Positions 13,317 through 26,198 of a stretch of DNA of 64,000 bases are shown one piece after another. Location of the stretch: the NCBI RefSeq assembly GCF_001194135.2, contig NC_069001.1:26652792-26716791 (forward strand). Direction: 5' to 3'. The DNA is from Octopus bimaculoides. Lineage: Eukaryota. The stretch's first letter is position 1. The number at the start of each line of letters is the position of its first letter. The notes under the pieces are model-generated. The model was not told where the DNA came from. It searched no databases and worked only from the letters and a program-made list of their open reading frames with translations. The translations under genes were made by a program, and so were the position numbers.

Positions 13317-13704
13317 NNNNNNNNNNNNNNNNNNNNNNNNNNNNNNNNNNNNNNNNNNNNNNNNNNNNNNNNNNNNNNNNNNNNNNNNNNNNNNNNNNNN
13401 NNNNNNNNNNNNNNNNNNNNNNNNNNNNNNNNNNNNNNNNNNNNNNNNNNNNNNNNNNNNNNNNNNNNNNNNNNNNNNNNNNNNNNNNNNNNNNNNNNNN
13501 NNNNNNNNNNNNNNNNNNNNNNNNNNNNNNNNNNNNNNNNNNNNNNNNNNNNNNNNNNNNNNNNNNNNNNNNNNNNNNNNNNNNNNNNNNNNNNNNNNNN
13601 NNNNNNNNNNNNNNNNNNNNNNNNNNNNNNNNNNNNNNNNNNNNNNNNNNNNNNNNNNNNNNNNNNNNNNNNNNNNNNNNNNNNNNNNNNNNNNNNNNNN
13701 NNNN

Positions 13705-13927
<223 letters not shown>

Positions 13928-13974
13928 AAGAAGAAGAGTAAGAAGTGAAATGAGTTTATTGTTAGTATATGATC

Positions 13975-14165
13975 TTCTCGAGGCACAAGATTAGAAATTG
14001 AAGGGTCGGAAGAAAGAACAGTCTTATTACACCAATCCCTAGTACTTTGCTGAGGTTTTATCTTTTCGATCTTGAAAGAATGAAAGCAAAACTTATTATA
14101 TCTGAATTTGAACTCAGAGTACAAAATCCGGAGCATCGGAACGCTAACGATTCTGCCAACCCATC
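13975..14165 (-). mobile_element. Diverged family A SINE
   Basis: Reverse complement gives TGGCAGAATCGTTAGC head, CTGAGTTCAAATTC B-box and CTTGTGCC tail. Confidence 0.65.
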
Positions 14166-14439
14166 ATTACGTACCTCTACATTAATAACTGTGGTAACTG
14201 ATATATTGTTTTTGGAATTATTCGTTGATACAAATGTGTTTCCAGTTGTAAGCTTGAGAAGCTCGCTTTACGGCCATGCGTTTTAGGGATTACCCTCTTC
14301 GCGCTACATCTTGGGCAATTGTTACATTGGGTAAGTGTCCGTGTTTGTTCCCAGCCTCTGCTTCACAAATGGAGATGGTTTGTTCTTGTCCCCGTCACAA
14401 AGTGGGTCGGCGGAAGAGAACGATAAAATACGTAAAACA

Positions 14440-14550
14440 CTTAGAAATAAATACTGGTAACGATTTGCTCGACTGAGGACTGTAAGGCGGTGCTCCAGCA
14501 TGGCTGTAGCCCAGTGACTGAGCCAAATAAAACGAAAGAAAAAAGATAAA
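14440..14550 (+). mobile_element. Family C SINE 3' fragment
   Basis: CGATTTGCTCGACT...AAGGCGGTGCTCCAGCATGG matches 31276-31310. Confidence 0.65.
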
Positions 14551-15359
14551 ACGTAACCTTCTAGTATGCAACAGGCACAATATTCTCGCATGTATACTGT
14601 AACCTTTTGAAATGATAGAGTATTATTTGAAGAATGTTTGACTGCTATTTCTACCAGGTCTAGCAACCATGTACAGCGGCCCTAACTACTTGGTTCGGGA
14701 AACAAAAGAGTTAAGTGTATAGACAAACTCCACATGGCAGAGCAACACGGAAATGTCACGCAGTGTTTATTTACGTTCCGCTATATGTTGAGTTCATGTA
14801 TACATCCGAGGGTGATTTTCACTTTCCACTTTACTGGCGAAGACTCTCTACGCCGATTAGCTGTTAAGCACAAGATCGAGGTAATCTAGCTGTCTCTCAC
14901 CAGCCCGAAAATGTGTGTCTTTGCGCCATATGTATATCCTTGACAGAAACTTATTCTTTCAGTTTGACAAATACAAAATCATTAAAATTACACGTCTGAA
15001 TGAAACAGTATTTCCTACAATTATTTACACTCAACGAGAGAGCGGTGTATGTTGAAAAACCGGCAAAGCGGCTGAGAAATTACTTTGTGGTAATCAGAAT
15101 GTAAAGAGCCGTAACTAAGTACTATGAAGCATGTTTTAAAGATTGTCTAACTATTCTACCACCTACTGCCATCCTTTCGGCTAATTTTTGGCTTTTAAAT
15201 TAAGTCGCAGACAGATTTGTGATTATCGACATCCCAGTATGAGAAAAGAAAAACTTCCACCTCAGCAAGATTTATCTGCCAATCTACTTCTTTTCTTTGC
15301 ACTGAAGATTAATAAAACCACTCTTGTTTCTGTTTTATTATATTATCAATGCAAAAGAC

Positions 15360-16235
15360 AGTGACCTGGCAGAATCGTTACTGCGCCGTGCAAAATATTT
15401 AGCAGCATTTCAACCGCCTCTCCGTTCGGATTTTAAATTTACCACCGAGATAAACATTGCCTTTCATACTTCCGCAGTTGCTAAAATAAGTACCAGTCAA
15501 GTACTGGAGTCGATGTAATCGACTACCCCCTTATTCCAAAATATCAGGTCTTGTGCCTATTAGAGAAAGGATTATTCTATTAATGTACAAGGCGGTGAGT
15601 TGAAAAAATCGTTACAGCGTTGTGCGAAATGTCTAGTGGTATTTCCTACGTCTTAACGCTCGGATTTCTGTTTTACCACCGAGGTGACCTTTGCCTCTCC
15701 TCTCTTAAATTCTATACATTAAGTACTAGTCAACCACTATAGTTGATATAATTCACTATCCTCCTCCCCGGAAGTGTTATTCCTTGCTTCTATCTATAGT
15801 ACAAAGAATTATATTAGCAGCGAAAAAGCGACGAACTGCTAGAATCGTTAACATATCGCACAAAATATTAGCGGTATTTCTTCTGAATATTTGTTTCACG
15901 TGTTCGTAACCCATCGAGTCAACTTCATTTTTTCAACTTTCCAGGATAGAGGACAAAGATTTCAAAATGAATGCAGCTAGTCGTTACTACGCCGTCTATC
16001 TTAACGTTCTGAGATCATATTCCGCCGAGGTCGTCTTTGCATTTCATCCTTTCGGGGTCGAGCATTGGGGTGGATGCAATCGACTGTCTTCTTCCTCCAA
16101 TATTGCTGGCATTGTTCCAGTGGTTCAGACCAGGTGTTGATGAAATAAGTATCACATGAGCACTGCAGTCCATGTAATCGACTTAGCACTCCCACCTGAA
16201 ATTGCTAGCATGGCACCAAAATTTGAAATCAGTAT
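15360..16235 (+). mobile_element. Cluster of about four head-to-tail family A SINE copies or fragments
   Basis: Repeated heads at about 15360, 15590 and 15825, a body at about 16000 (CCGCCGAGGTCG..TTTCATCCTTTCGGGGTCGA) and tails at about 15570 and 16230. Confidence 0.7.
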
Positions 16236-17039
16236 GAAATTGTTGTTTAGAACGATTTTATATTGAAGTGTTTGAAACGGGACTCGAAACCGGAAGGTTA
16301 ATCTCGATTCGACACATCTTGGTAATATCTAGTACTACAGCAATCACTTTCAAACTATACAGCATTGGGGTGGGGGCGGAAGCCAGTAAATAAGCTCATA
16401 GAAGAAGATTGAAAATATATTATTTTAAAAGGACCCCAGGGATTCACACATCAGATCAGTATTCTGTTATAAATATCTTTGAAAAGCAATCTGAGAAATA
16501 ACTTACATAGACGATGCTTATGTATATCTTTTTTTGTATTTTTATGATATTTTAAGTTTTTATTTATTTATTTGTTAGTTATTATTCACCAAAATGAAGT
16601 ACGAGATATCGTATTACACATTAAGGAAATTATATTTTTGCGGAGCGAATTCTTGATGTAATTGGTTTAAAAATTGGTTTAACGTAAAAATTATTCCTCG
16701 TAGAAATCTGAGTAACTAATTCAAATATATTCTAGGCTAAGTAATTTACTACTAAAATTATATCCGTCAGAAACTGTGAGAATATCACTTATTACTGCAT
16801 CTAGAATCAGATATTGGTGAGGCTATTTCAGGCTGAAATAAAGTTAATTAAGAGTTTCATACTATTTCAGATAGTAACTTTCATTGTTCAATTTAATAGT
16901 TTCAGTTTTAGACGAATGGCTGCAGTCATGCTGTCGCACCACCTAGATTTTCTGTTACTTTTTCACGAACCACTCCTATACATACTACGGTATTTGTTTT
17001 ATCGCTCTTATTTAATAGTTTCCAATTTTGATAGCTGGC

Positions 17040-17190
17040 TAGCAACTTTCATGGGACATCGGTGTTCAACTGGTACTTATATTACCGGTCCCCGTAAAAT
17101 TGAAAAATGTTGACCATGGTGGAATTTGAACCTACAACGTAAAGAGACAGAGTTAATGCTGATAACCAATTTCCCATCTCGCTACCGGTC
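17040..17190 (-). mobile_element. Diverged family A SINE
   Basis: Reverse complement contains GGTTCAAATTCCACCA and AAGTACCAGTTGAACAC. Confidence 0.55.
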
Positions 17191-17276
17191 ATATCAGTTT
17201 TTACGCACTACCAAATGAAAATGCTCGTTTCCATAAGTTGAGAGCGGCTCAACTTTGCATCATTAATACCATAGTG

Positions 17277-17725
17277 AAGACAGCGAGCTAGCAGAGTCGC
17301 TAGAATGCAGGGCGAAATGCTTAGCTGTGTTGTCTGCCGTTACGTTCTGAGTTCAAATTCCGCCGAGGTCGACTTTGCCTTTTATCCTTTCGGCTTCGAT
17401 AAATTAAATACCAGTTGTGTACCGGGTTCCATCTAATCGATGGCCTCTTCCCCCAAAATTTCAGGCCTTGTACCTAGAGTAGAAAAAGATTGATTCCACA
17501 GTTAAGATGGTGAGCTGGCAGAATCGTTAGCACGCTGAATGAAATGCTTAGCGATATTTCGCCCGTCGCTACGTTGAGTACAAATTCCGCCGAGGTTGAC
17601 TTTGACTTACATCCTTTCGGGGGTCAATAAAATAAGCACCAATTGAACACTGAGGTCGATGTTATCTGCTCATCCCCTCACCAAACAAAATTGCTGCCCT
17701 TGTGGCAAAATTTTAAGCCATTATT
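17277..17725 (+). mobile_element. Two head-to-tail family A SINEs (about 17277-17490 and 17503-17725) with different 3' tails
   Basis: A-box-like TGGCAGAATCG, B-box GAGTTCAAATTCC and core GACTTTGCC..ATCCTTTCGG in each copy. Confidence 0.82.
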
Positions 17726-19721
17726 AATATCGCAGTTCATTTCTACTCGAAAGTAATTTTTCCTTCATTTCTGTTTTCATTACTGTTTTTTCACTTCAGG
17801 TCAGTTTAAATGCTAACCCCTTATAAGCATCTACACTTCTAATGCGGCAGGAAAATTAAATGTTTTTCAATAAATACCGGTAAAAATATATATTCACATT
17901 CTCTTTATCTAATTCATATTCAGACAGACACTGTACACATATCTAAGTAAACTCATGAGGCACACAGTGCGTAGATGCCTCCTTTAGACAAATTAAGATG
18001 TACTAAACTTCATGCGTTCTCTCTCTCCTTCTCTCTATCTCTCTGTTCGCGTGTGGTTGTGTAAGGGTACTTTATGGTTTTGTCTTCTTTCACTATGTAT
18101 TGACCTCTTCAACGTGTGGTAGACAATCACTTGCTTAAAGGCTGCACCGTGGCATCATTTCTCTATCCACACGGTCGAAAAATGAACTTCTTAATTGCCT
18201 CTGGTCATACTGTGCGCAAATAAACCTAATTCTGGACAATTATTTTGAAACCTTTCAAATTATTTCAGTTATCCTTCTAAGCTTATATATTTTGATCTAA
18301 GTCTCTCAAACATTTTTAAGAGCTTTTCAAAAGAGGAGAAATAAGAATATCAGATGATATAAATTAAGACCATTACACAGAGGAGTGGAGGAAGTACCAG
18401 GACGGTACAATTTTTTTTTTTTAATAATTGATATGTACTTTCTGTCAATATTCGCTCTGAGTTCGAATCCTGACGAGGTCTACGCTTTCTCTAATCATTT
18501 CTGGTCAATAAAATAAATGGATTAAATCCCTAATTTTCTTTCTAACTTGGAAGCGTGATTATAATCCGAAATTAGCACCACTTAGAAACTTGAATGAAAG
18601 TTGTAAAACTAAGAAAGTATGGTGTTTTCATCTCATTTAAGCCGTAATTAAAAACTTCTAGAATGTTGATCTGGCGGAATGTAATATTCTGTTTAAATGA
18701 TGAGTTTGACTTGGTTTCCATTATTGATTGGAAGTATGCAAAGATTTCATCAATGCTATTTTCTTATTATTCGAAAATATACGACATAACTCATTAAAAG
18801 AACCTAACATTTGATAAGAATTTTAGTTGTATGTGTTAAGTCACTGTAAACTTAAGATTGCATACAATTGCGAATTCTAGAAGTGAGATGGTTTAAAATA
18901 TATCAAACATCGAAGTAAGTCTTATGAGTATTATTGTGCGAAGCTTACGGAATATATACGAGGAAGATATTAATATGTCTAATATGGATACATTTATCTG
19001 AATATCTTTCGAACGAATCCACGTAACGAAACTAACTGGAGAATGAAGCAATTATATATAACACTAGATATATACGATCGTTTTGGAACAATATATAACA
19101 TGATGTAAAGAAATGAAGAAATATTTAAGAAACAAAAATATAGCTCATTATTTTTGGCAAAGGAAATTTAGACAGCCATCTGTCTTCTCTAATTTTTTTT
19201 TCATTGGGCCCAATTATTAAACAAAACAACAAGAACATAATTTATTTTCTATATATCATAAAAATATGTTCTGTTAATCGAAAAATGCGAAAGAAGCTAT
19301 TTAAGCAATAAAAAATATTCTTGATGTGAGGGAAGTAAAAGCTAAGTCTTTGTTAATCTTTTGCGAAAAATCAAACGTTCTAATTAGAATTTCACAGTTC
19401 ATAGATCACAAAGTCAATTTGACGGAAAATTTTGTAAATAAATGTTAGAACTATCTTAGTACACTATAGTTCAAACTTTGTTGAACAGACAGTCTATAAT
19501 TTGTGGTAGCTATATTTTAAAGATAAGCAGGTTTGCAAACAGACAGTCTATAATATATGAGAAGTATATGATAGACAAGAAAAAACGAAGGGTGAGATTA
19601 TATGGAGAGTTACACTAATCTAAGAATAAAAAGATTGGCTAAACTTTTATATGCTGATGTAAAAGGTTCAAATAAAAGTTTATGGCATATTCTTGTGCGT
19701 TTTGCATTTTTCAATTCAGAA

Positions 19722-20100
19722 AGGCCATGTGGTTATATGGTTAAGAATCCTCTTTTGAATCGTGTGATTTCGGATTAAATCTCTTTGCGCGGAGTAAGTA
19801 ACTTCTACTATAGCACCAGACTGATCAATGCATAGCGAGTGAATTTGGTAGTCGGAAACGATATGGAAGCCCATAATATATATATGTATATATGTGTGTG
19901 TGTTTGTTCCCCCGTCACTACTTCAAAGCAGGGATAACTTTGTTTATGTTCCCGTAACTTTGTGGTTCGGCAAAACAGAGAGAATAAATAACAGACTTGA
20001 AAGACAAGAATTGCCTTCAATTCGTTCAACTAAACCTTTCTAAGGCGGCGCTTTAGTCCAACCGAAGTCTGATAACTGAAACGGAAGGAAAATAGTAAAA
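19722..20100 (+). mobile_element. Diverged family C SINE
   Basis: Colinear with the 30945 copy: CTTCTACTATAG, GAAGCCC then (TA)/(TG) tract, CCCGTAAC, GGTTCGGCAAAA, AAGGCGGCGCT. Boundaries approximate. Confidence 0.65.
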
Positions 20101-20584
20101 CGTTCTGAAATTACTTTGTGTTATTTCTTCTTTTTTGTTCTTTTACTTTCTCAATTTAATCCCACTAAGATCAAGTTGGCTGGTTATTGCTCTGGTTTCG
20201 ATAATACAAAGTATCCCTCAAGTATTGTAAACGATTTATCGAGTAGCTTCTCCCCCTCAAAATTGCTAGTCTAAATCTAACGAAAAGAAAACGAACGAGT
20301 AAACAAAGAAATAAAACTTTATTTGAATTGCTAATACTAATTGATGTCAGAATTAGAAGAAAAAAAGGATAAAATGTTTTAAGATGTTTAGTCACATTTC
20401 ATTAAGTTCCACTTTCAAATCCCACAGCGCGCAATTATGCATTTTCATCGTGCGTGGGTAGCTGATAGTAAATTTATGTCAATGACTGAAGGCATTATGA
20501 AGTCTAACGTCTCCCCTACAAAATGTGTGTCGTGTTACTTATATTTGAAATTCTTTATTCACATCATTATAATGTAGTGAATGC

Positions 20585-20907
20585 CTATATGTTAGTGGTT
20601 AGAGCATCGTCGTACAGGTCGTAAGTTCCATTCCTGGTATGTGTGCGGCGGTCTTGAGCAAGACACTTTATTTCACGTTCTTCTAGCTCCCTCAGCTGCA
20701 GAAATGAGTTGTGATGTCACTGAGAGCCAAGTTGTAACAGCTTTTGCCTGTTCCCTGCACAACATCGGTGGTGTGGAGAGGAGTGACTGGTATGCGTGGG
20801 TGATTGCTGGTCTTCCGCAAACAAACAGGTCCAGACTTGTACCTCGGAGACGAACTTTCAAGGTGCTACCCCATGGTCATTCATGAACGAAGACTGTCTT
20901 TTACTTT
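20585..20907 (+). mobile_element. CORE-like SINE, family D
   Basis: Degenerate tRNA head (TAGTGGTTAGAGCATC...GTTCCATTCC), CORE-like TCTTGAGCAAGACACTT; 3' half homologous to 4261-4435 on the minus strand. Confidence 0.65.
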
Positions 20908-21241
20908 TCATACATGGTAGACAGTAGAGTTAGTTGAGCAGCAGATAAAGCGATTTGTTTAATCACATCAGATTATTTTCTTCACTGTTCAAAAACCCAC
21001 AAAGATAAACATTTACTTTTATCTTTTAACATAATTATTAACTAATCATACAGTGAGACCAGTTTAATGAAATACACTTCTCCTTGTAAAACCATTTCAG
21101 ATTTTATACGAGTTAGAAGTCGTTATGAACGCAAAAGGAGTGCACTTTTTTTCTTTTTTTTTTATGAAAGCAACTGGTTGTTACTGTTAATATTGTTTAT
21201 CTGCACGTCAGCTTTGATACAGCAGATCTATTCTGTTACGA

Positions 21242-21627
21242 GTTGAGGTGCAATGGCCCAGTTGTTAGGGCAGCGGACTCGTGGTCATAGAATCGCGATT
21301 TCGATTCCCAGACCGGGCGTTGTGTGTGTGTTATTGAGCGAAAACACCTAAAGATCCACGAGGATCCGGCCGGGGATGGTGGCGACCCCTGCTGTACTCT
21401 TTCACCACAACTTTCTCCCACTCTTACTTCCCGTTTATGTTGTGCCTGTAATTCAAGGGTCAGCCTTGTCACACTGTCACGCTGAATATCCCCGAGAACT
21501 ACGTTATGGGTACACGTGTCTGTGGAATGCTCAGCCACATGCACGTTAATTTCACGAGCAAGGTGTTCCGTTGATCGGATCAACTGGAACCCTCGACGTC
21601 GTAAGCGACGGAGTACCAAATAACAAC
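21242..21627 (+). mobile_element. tRNA-derived SINE, family B, full length
   Basis: Same head, body and tail as the 42585 copy; 12-bp TSD ATTCTGTTACGA (21230-21241) / ATTCTATTACGA (21628-21639), one mismatch. Confidence 0.88.
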
Positions 21628-21690
21628 ATTCTATTACGATCAGACAATTTTTAATGTAAAAGAAAGGGGTAAACTTCTGATCGCAACAAC

Positions 21691-22492
21691 ATAAATTGTT
21701 CAAACAGGGAAATTAATGTTCGAAGATTGAGATTACGTCGTCCTCAATTGTTTAACGGTAGGTGGTGAACGGTTCGACCCGTTGCAGCTCCGTCTCTCGT
21801 TTTGGTACTAACCGCATGAAGCCTCTGCTGTCTTCTCCACTCCCCTCTTTAACAGGAAGTAAACGAGATTACCTGTTTCGTACCATGCTAACTTCCTGTG
21901 TATATATTTGTTATCCATTTCACTTCTGCCAAAAGGTCGTTGACAAACGTTTATCTCGCCACCTTCGGAAAATATGGTAAGTTCTCTCTCTTCATTATAT
22001 TATAGGTATACATAACAGTTTTTTCTTCTTATTTTCTCATTCNNNNNNNNNNNNNNNNNNNNNNNNNNNNNNNNNNNNNNNNNNNNNNNNNNNNNNNNNN
22101 NNNNNNNNNNNNNNNNNNNNNNNNNNNNNNNNNNNNNNNNNNNNNNNNNNNNNNNNNNNNNNNNNNNNNNNNNNNNNNNNNNNNNNNNNNNNNNNNNNNN
22201 NNNNNNNNNNNNNNNNNNNNNNNNNNNNNNNNNNNNNNNNNNNNNNNNNNNNNNNNNNNNNNNNNNNNNNNNNNNNNNNNNNNNNNNNNNNNNNNNNNNN
22301 ATAGGCTTATAATTATAAAATTTATATATATATGTGTATATATATAAATTGTTCAAACAGGGAAATTAATGTTCGAAAATTGAGATTATGTCCAGTCCTC
22401 AATGGTTTAAAGGTAGGTGGTGAACAGTCCGACCGTATGCAGCTCCGTCTCTCGTTTTGTTAGTATCTGCGCCAAGTCACTGCTGTCTTCTC
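21691..22492 (+). repeat. Diverged direct duplication of about 148 bp (21691-21837 and 22344-22492)
   Basis: First 34 nt identical; about 18 substitutions and one 2-nt indel overall by hand alignment (about 87% identity). Confidence 0.92.
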
Positions 22493-22550
22493 AGATTCAG
22501 CTATGAACGTTCTGCATTTTCATGAGCATTGTGTATTTAGAAATATACAT

Positions 22551-22780
22551 AAAGGCGGCAAGCTGTCAGAAACGTTAGCACGCCGGGCGAAATGTTTAGC
22601 GGTATTTTGTCTGCCGCTACGTTCTGAATGAAAAATTCTGCCGAAGTCGACTTTGCCTTTCATCCTTTCGGGGTCGATTAAATAAGTACCAGTTACGCAT
22701 TGGGGTAGATATAATCGACTTAATCAGTTTGTCCTTGTTTGTCCCCTCTATGTTCAGCCCATTGTGGGCAGTAAAGAAAT
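22551..22780 (+). mobile_element. Family A SINE, full length, third tail type
   Basis: AAAGGCGGCAAGCTGTCAGAAACGTTAGCACGCCGGGCGAAATG head, GCCTTTCATCCTTTCGGGGTCGAT core, tail GTCCCCTCTATG..GTGGGCAGTAAAGAAAT. Confidence 0.85.
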
Positions 22781-23310
22781 ATATATGAACTGCTCAATGT
22801 GGTATTTCTTTTTAAGAATGTATAGTGTTGTACCCTGACATATCATCTCCACTGTCTCTCTCTCTCTTCATCTTACTATTTCTCATTATTTCTATGTCAA
22901 TATCTCTCTTCCTTTGCCTGTTTATTTTTTTACAACAACAAAACTAATTTCTGTTTTTCAGACCTGTCTAGCCTCGTGCAATCACCTCTCAAATATTTCT
23001 TAAAAATTTCAAACCTATCATTCAATCAATCATCATCTATATTTTACCATTACTTCTCTTATCCCTGCATTAACTACTAAACCTAATACTTCCTTCCCAC
23101 GAATTCAGTCCTGAATGAATGTCTTCCCTACAATAATTTGTGTTTCTACAGCCGTAAACTAGCAAGAGTTTAAGGAGAACGCTAAATGTAACAACCTCAC
23201 TTTTTCCCCTCTAAGCATCTGTGAAAGCCACGGCCACAGACAAGTTCTCCTTAAACCACTTGGTAAACAATGTAAAAAAGACTAAAAAAAAACACTATGT
23301 CAGGCTTTTG

Positions 23311-23347
<37 letters not shown>

Positions 23348-23755
23348 AGACTAAATAAGCCGTTGCTTTACAAAGTGTTTCAGAAAATATAGGGAAAATA
23401 TGAAAAGTACATAAAATATATTGTTTACATAGGCAGATTTTCTATTATAAATTTAACGGCCGTTTTGTATATAATACAGAAAAATGTAGTAATCATAAAA
23501 GAAATAATGATCTCCTGAAAATTGCTCTATTATTTCTTGCGGGTAGGATTAGAAGAGTATGTATAGATGTATTAATAATAGCTGTGTTTGTTGGGAAAAA
23601 GGCGTTCAGACTAGAATAATTATAGTGGAGACATTAATTTTACGCAGTGCAAGTTATTTGTTGACTACCATTTTTAAGTTTTAAAGTAGAACCAGAAAAC
23701 GATGATTTTGGTTTTGAATTGTGCCCAACTCGTTCAAAACGTATAAATACATACA

Positions 23756-23812
<57 letters not shown>

Positions 23813-26161
23813 TGTATATATGTTTGCGTGTTGTTGTTTTTTGTGTGCATTTATGTATGTATTATGTATGAATTTATCGACTGCAGCACACAAGAGAAAC
23901 TACACTATTTTGGTTACAATAATTTATTGTGGTTTAGATTTTATATTCTAAAGTATAAGGATTTTCTTTTTCCCTAACATCGTTAGTGCGCAAGGGTTGA
24001 TCCAGAATCGGAATAAGCATTTTTGTAGTTCATAATCTTGAATATAATTTTGTATTTTATGAATATTTATTACTAACACAACGACATTCACATTCCCGTA
24101 CTGATCTAAACAAGATATATGAGGATTTAAGGCCATATTAGCCACCAGAATATATTCACAGCTGCCAATAAAATTGAGGAATTTAAAATCAAAATCCATT
24201 TGTCATGATATTGTTTTCATAAAAGTTTCTGGATGTTTATTGTCTCCGTACCTAACTTTCTATTTGTGTTATTGCATTGTTTCAGATTAGCTCTGATTAA
24301 GTTGGGGCTATGCTCACATACGTGCAGTTATAATAAATATTCTGTATAAGAGGTATTGTGATTTAGTAACAATATATGCCCCTCTCTTTTTATGAGATAT
24401 TATTAAGTGATTTGAAAAAAACTTTGACTACTATTTCAAGCGGAAGTAGAAAAGCGACGACACAATTTAATGCATCGACATGCATATTGTGGTTTCAGTA
24501 TCGTCGGCAGTTCAGTCGTCATTTTTGCATCATTTGTTTTAAGTTCCGTTGTAGACTTCTGAAAATAAATGCAAAAATTGCAATAAATGGAATATTGTAT
24601 TATCGTGTAACAGCACTGGTAAAATTAAGAATATACCAAATAAAATTTAAGAAGAAAATCAAAGCCAACGGCGCCAACATCCAGCAAGCGTGTACGCAAA
24701 TCTGAGATGAATCTGGTGATTTCAGGAATGAATTAGTACAACTAGGCATATAGCAGCAAAGAAAGTTATCTTTCAACAAATCTAGTGACTAAACATATAC
24801 AACGGAACTAACTGACGCTACAAGCTTTATTTTTGTTTATATACACTGACAGACATGTGTACACATATGTTTGTATATACTTGCATGTATAATCATACAC
24901 AAACGCACACACAGACAGAGGCATATAAACATTTGTAACGGATTCATTCTAAAAGCTGTACACGTGAGTATATATGGTAATTAGTTCCTAACAGCCGTAA
25001 TATATATTAAAATACACAGGGAACATTCATGTGCAACCAAGAGTTGAAATTTTTCACGCTAAACATTTTTCTTTCCGACATTTACACCGTTGTACAAGTA
25101 TAAAAACACCTCGACATATATAATACATTTACATGCCACATGCGGAAACGAATATGTAGTGTATGTATGCATATGTATATTTACGTGAGTGTTTGTATGG
25201 GAGTGAGTGAGTGTGTGTATGTGTGTGTTCTCCGTTCTTGTTTGCACAGGAACTTGGAAATCTGTGTGCTTTCACACTTGCCGTGTGGTGTGTTTGCGAG
25301 ACGATTGAGCAAATCTAAGACGTGCATACTTGTTTAAATATGTCCTGAAGCTACATTATGTGTCATATCTAAAACGAGAATTCTTTCTCGTGGCAAAAGG
25401 CTAAATTTTCATTGAGAATACACATTTCGCTAGGAATCCCACGATCGTGTCGATAAACTCCCAGCAACTATTTGTCCATAACGACAGAATATATGGCCGT
25501 TTTGATTGACGGGTAATTTCAGATCAAATCCAAGAGACCCAGAGATATATCTGCAATTCATAATAATCTACGATCTAGCGACCCTCGCAATTAGAGAAAA
25601 TGTGTTGTTATCGCCTAAATACGTCATCATCGTTAAAAAGAAAGTTCCTTTTTTACCGATCACAATAAAATATATCTTGGTAGAACAATATACAACCTAC
25701 TTGAAAATATTCGTCAATATGCTTTTGTATGTATATATGTGTGCATACATGTATGAATATGACTACACAGTACACACACCACTGGCACACACTCACACAC
25801 ACACGCACAAAAACACACACTAGCACACCTATATATACGCACATATATGTAAAAGTAATTTACACAGAAACACATACATATGTCCATAAATAACTTTAAA
25901 TTTGGATATACACTTGTAGCATGCAGCTTAGAGCCTGTTCTATGTATTCGGTTACCTGATGTCTTCATCAGTGTGGATAAAAAGGCTATTGTGTTTACTG
26001 GAAGTATTACTTCGTGTCAATAACATAGAGTATATAGCATATGAGGGAAAGAGAAAGATGGAATTCACGAGATTATTAATACTCGGTCGTTCGAAAGGAT
26101 CTTAATGATTAACGAAGAATCTCGTGAATTCCATGTCAGTTTCTATTTCTGAAATATGTCC

Positions 26162-26198
<37 letters not shown>

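Noticed and set aside
16367-16383. GC-box/ETS-like GGGGCGGAAG
   Set aside because: Isolated, lies among SINE debris and resembles a reversed SINE tail.
21691-22492. Assembly-artefact explanation for the duplication across the gap
   Set aside because: The copies differ at about 13% of sites, too many for a mis-assembled single locus; highly divergent alleles are not fully excluded.
25506-25823. LAIRENVLLSPKYVIIVK resembling a kinase catalytic-loop region
   Set aside because: No HRD or DFG equivalents, weak splice context, and the ORF runs into microsatellite.
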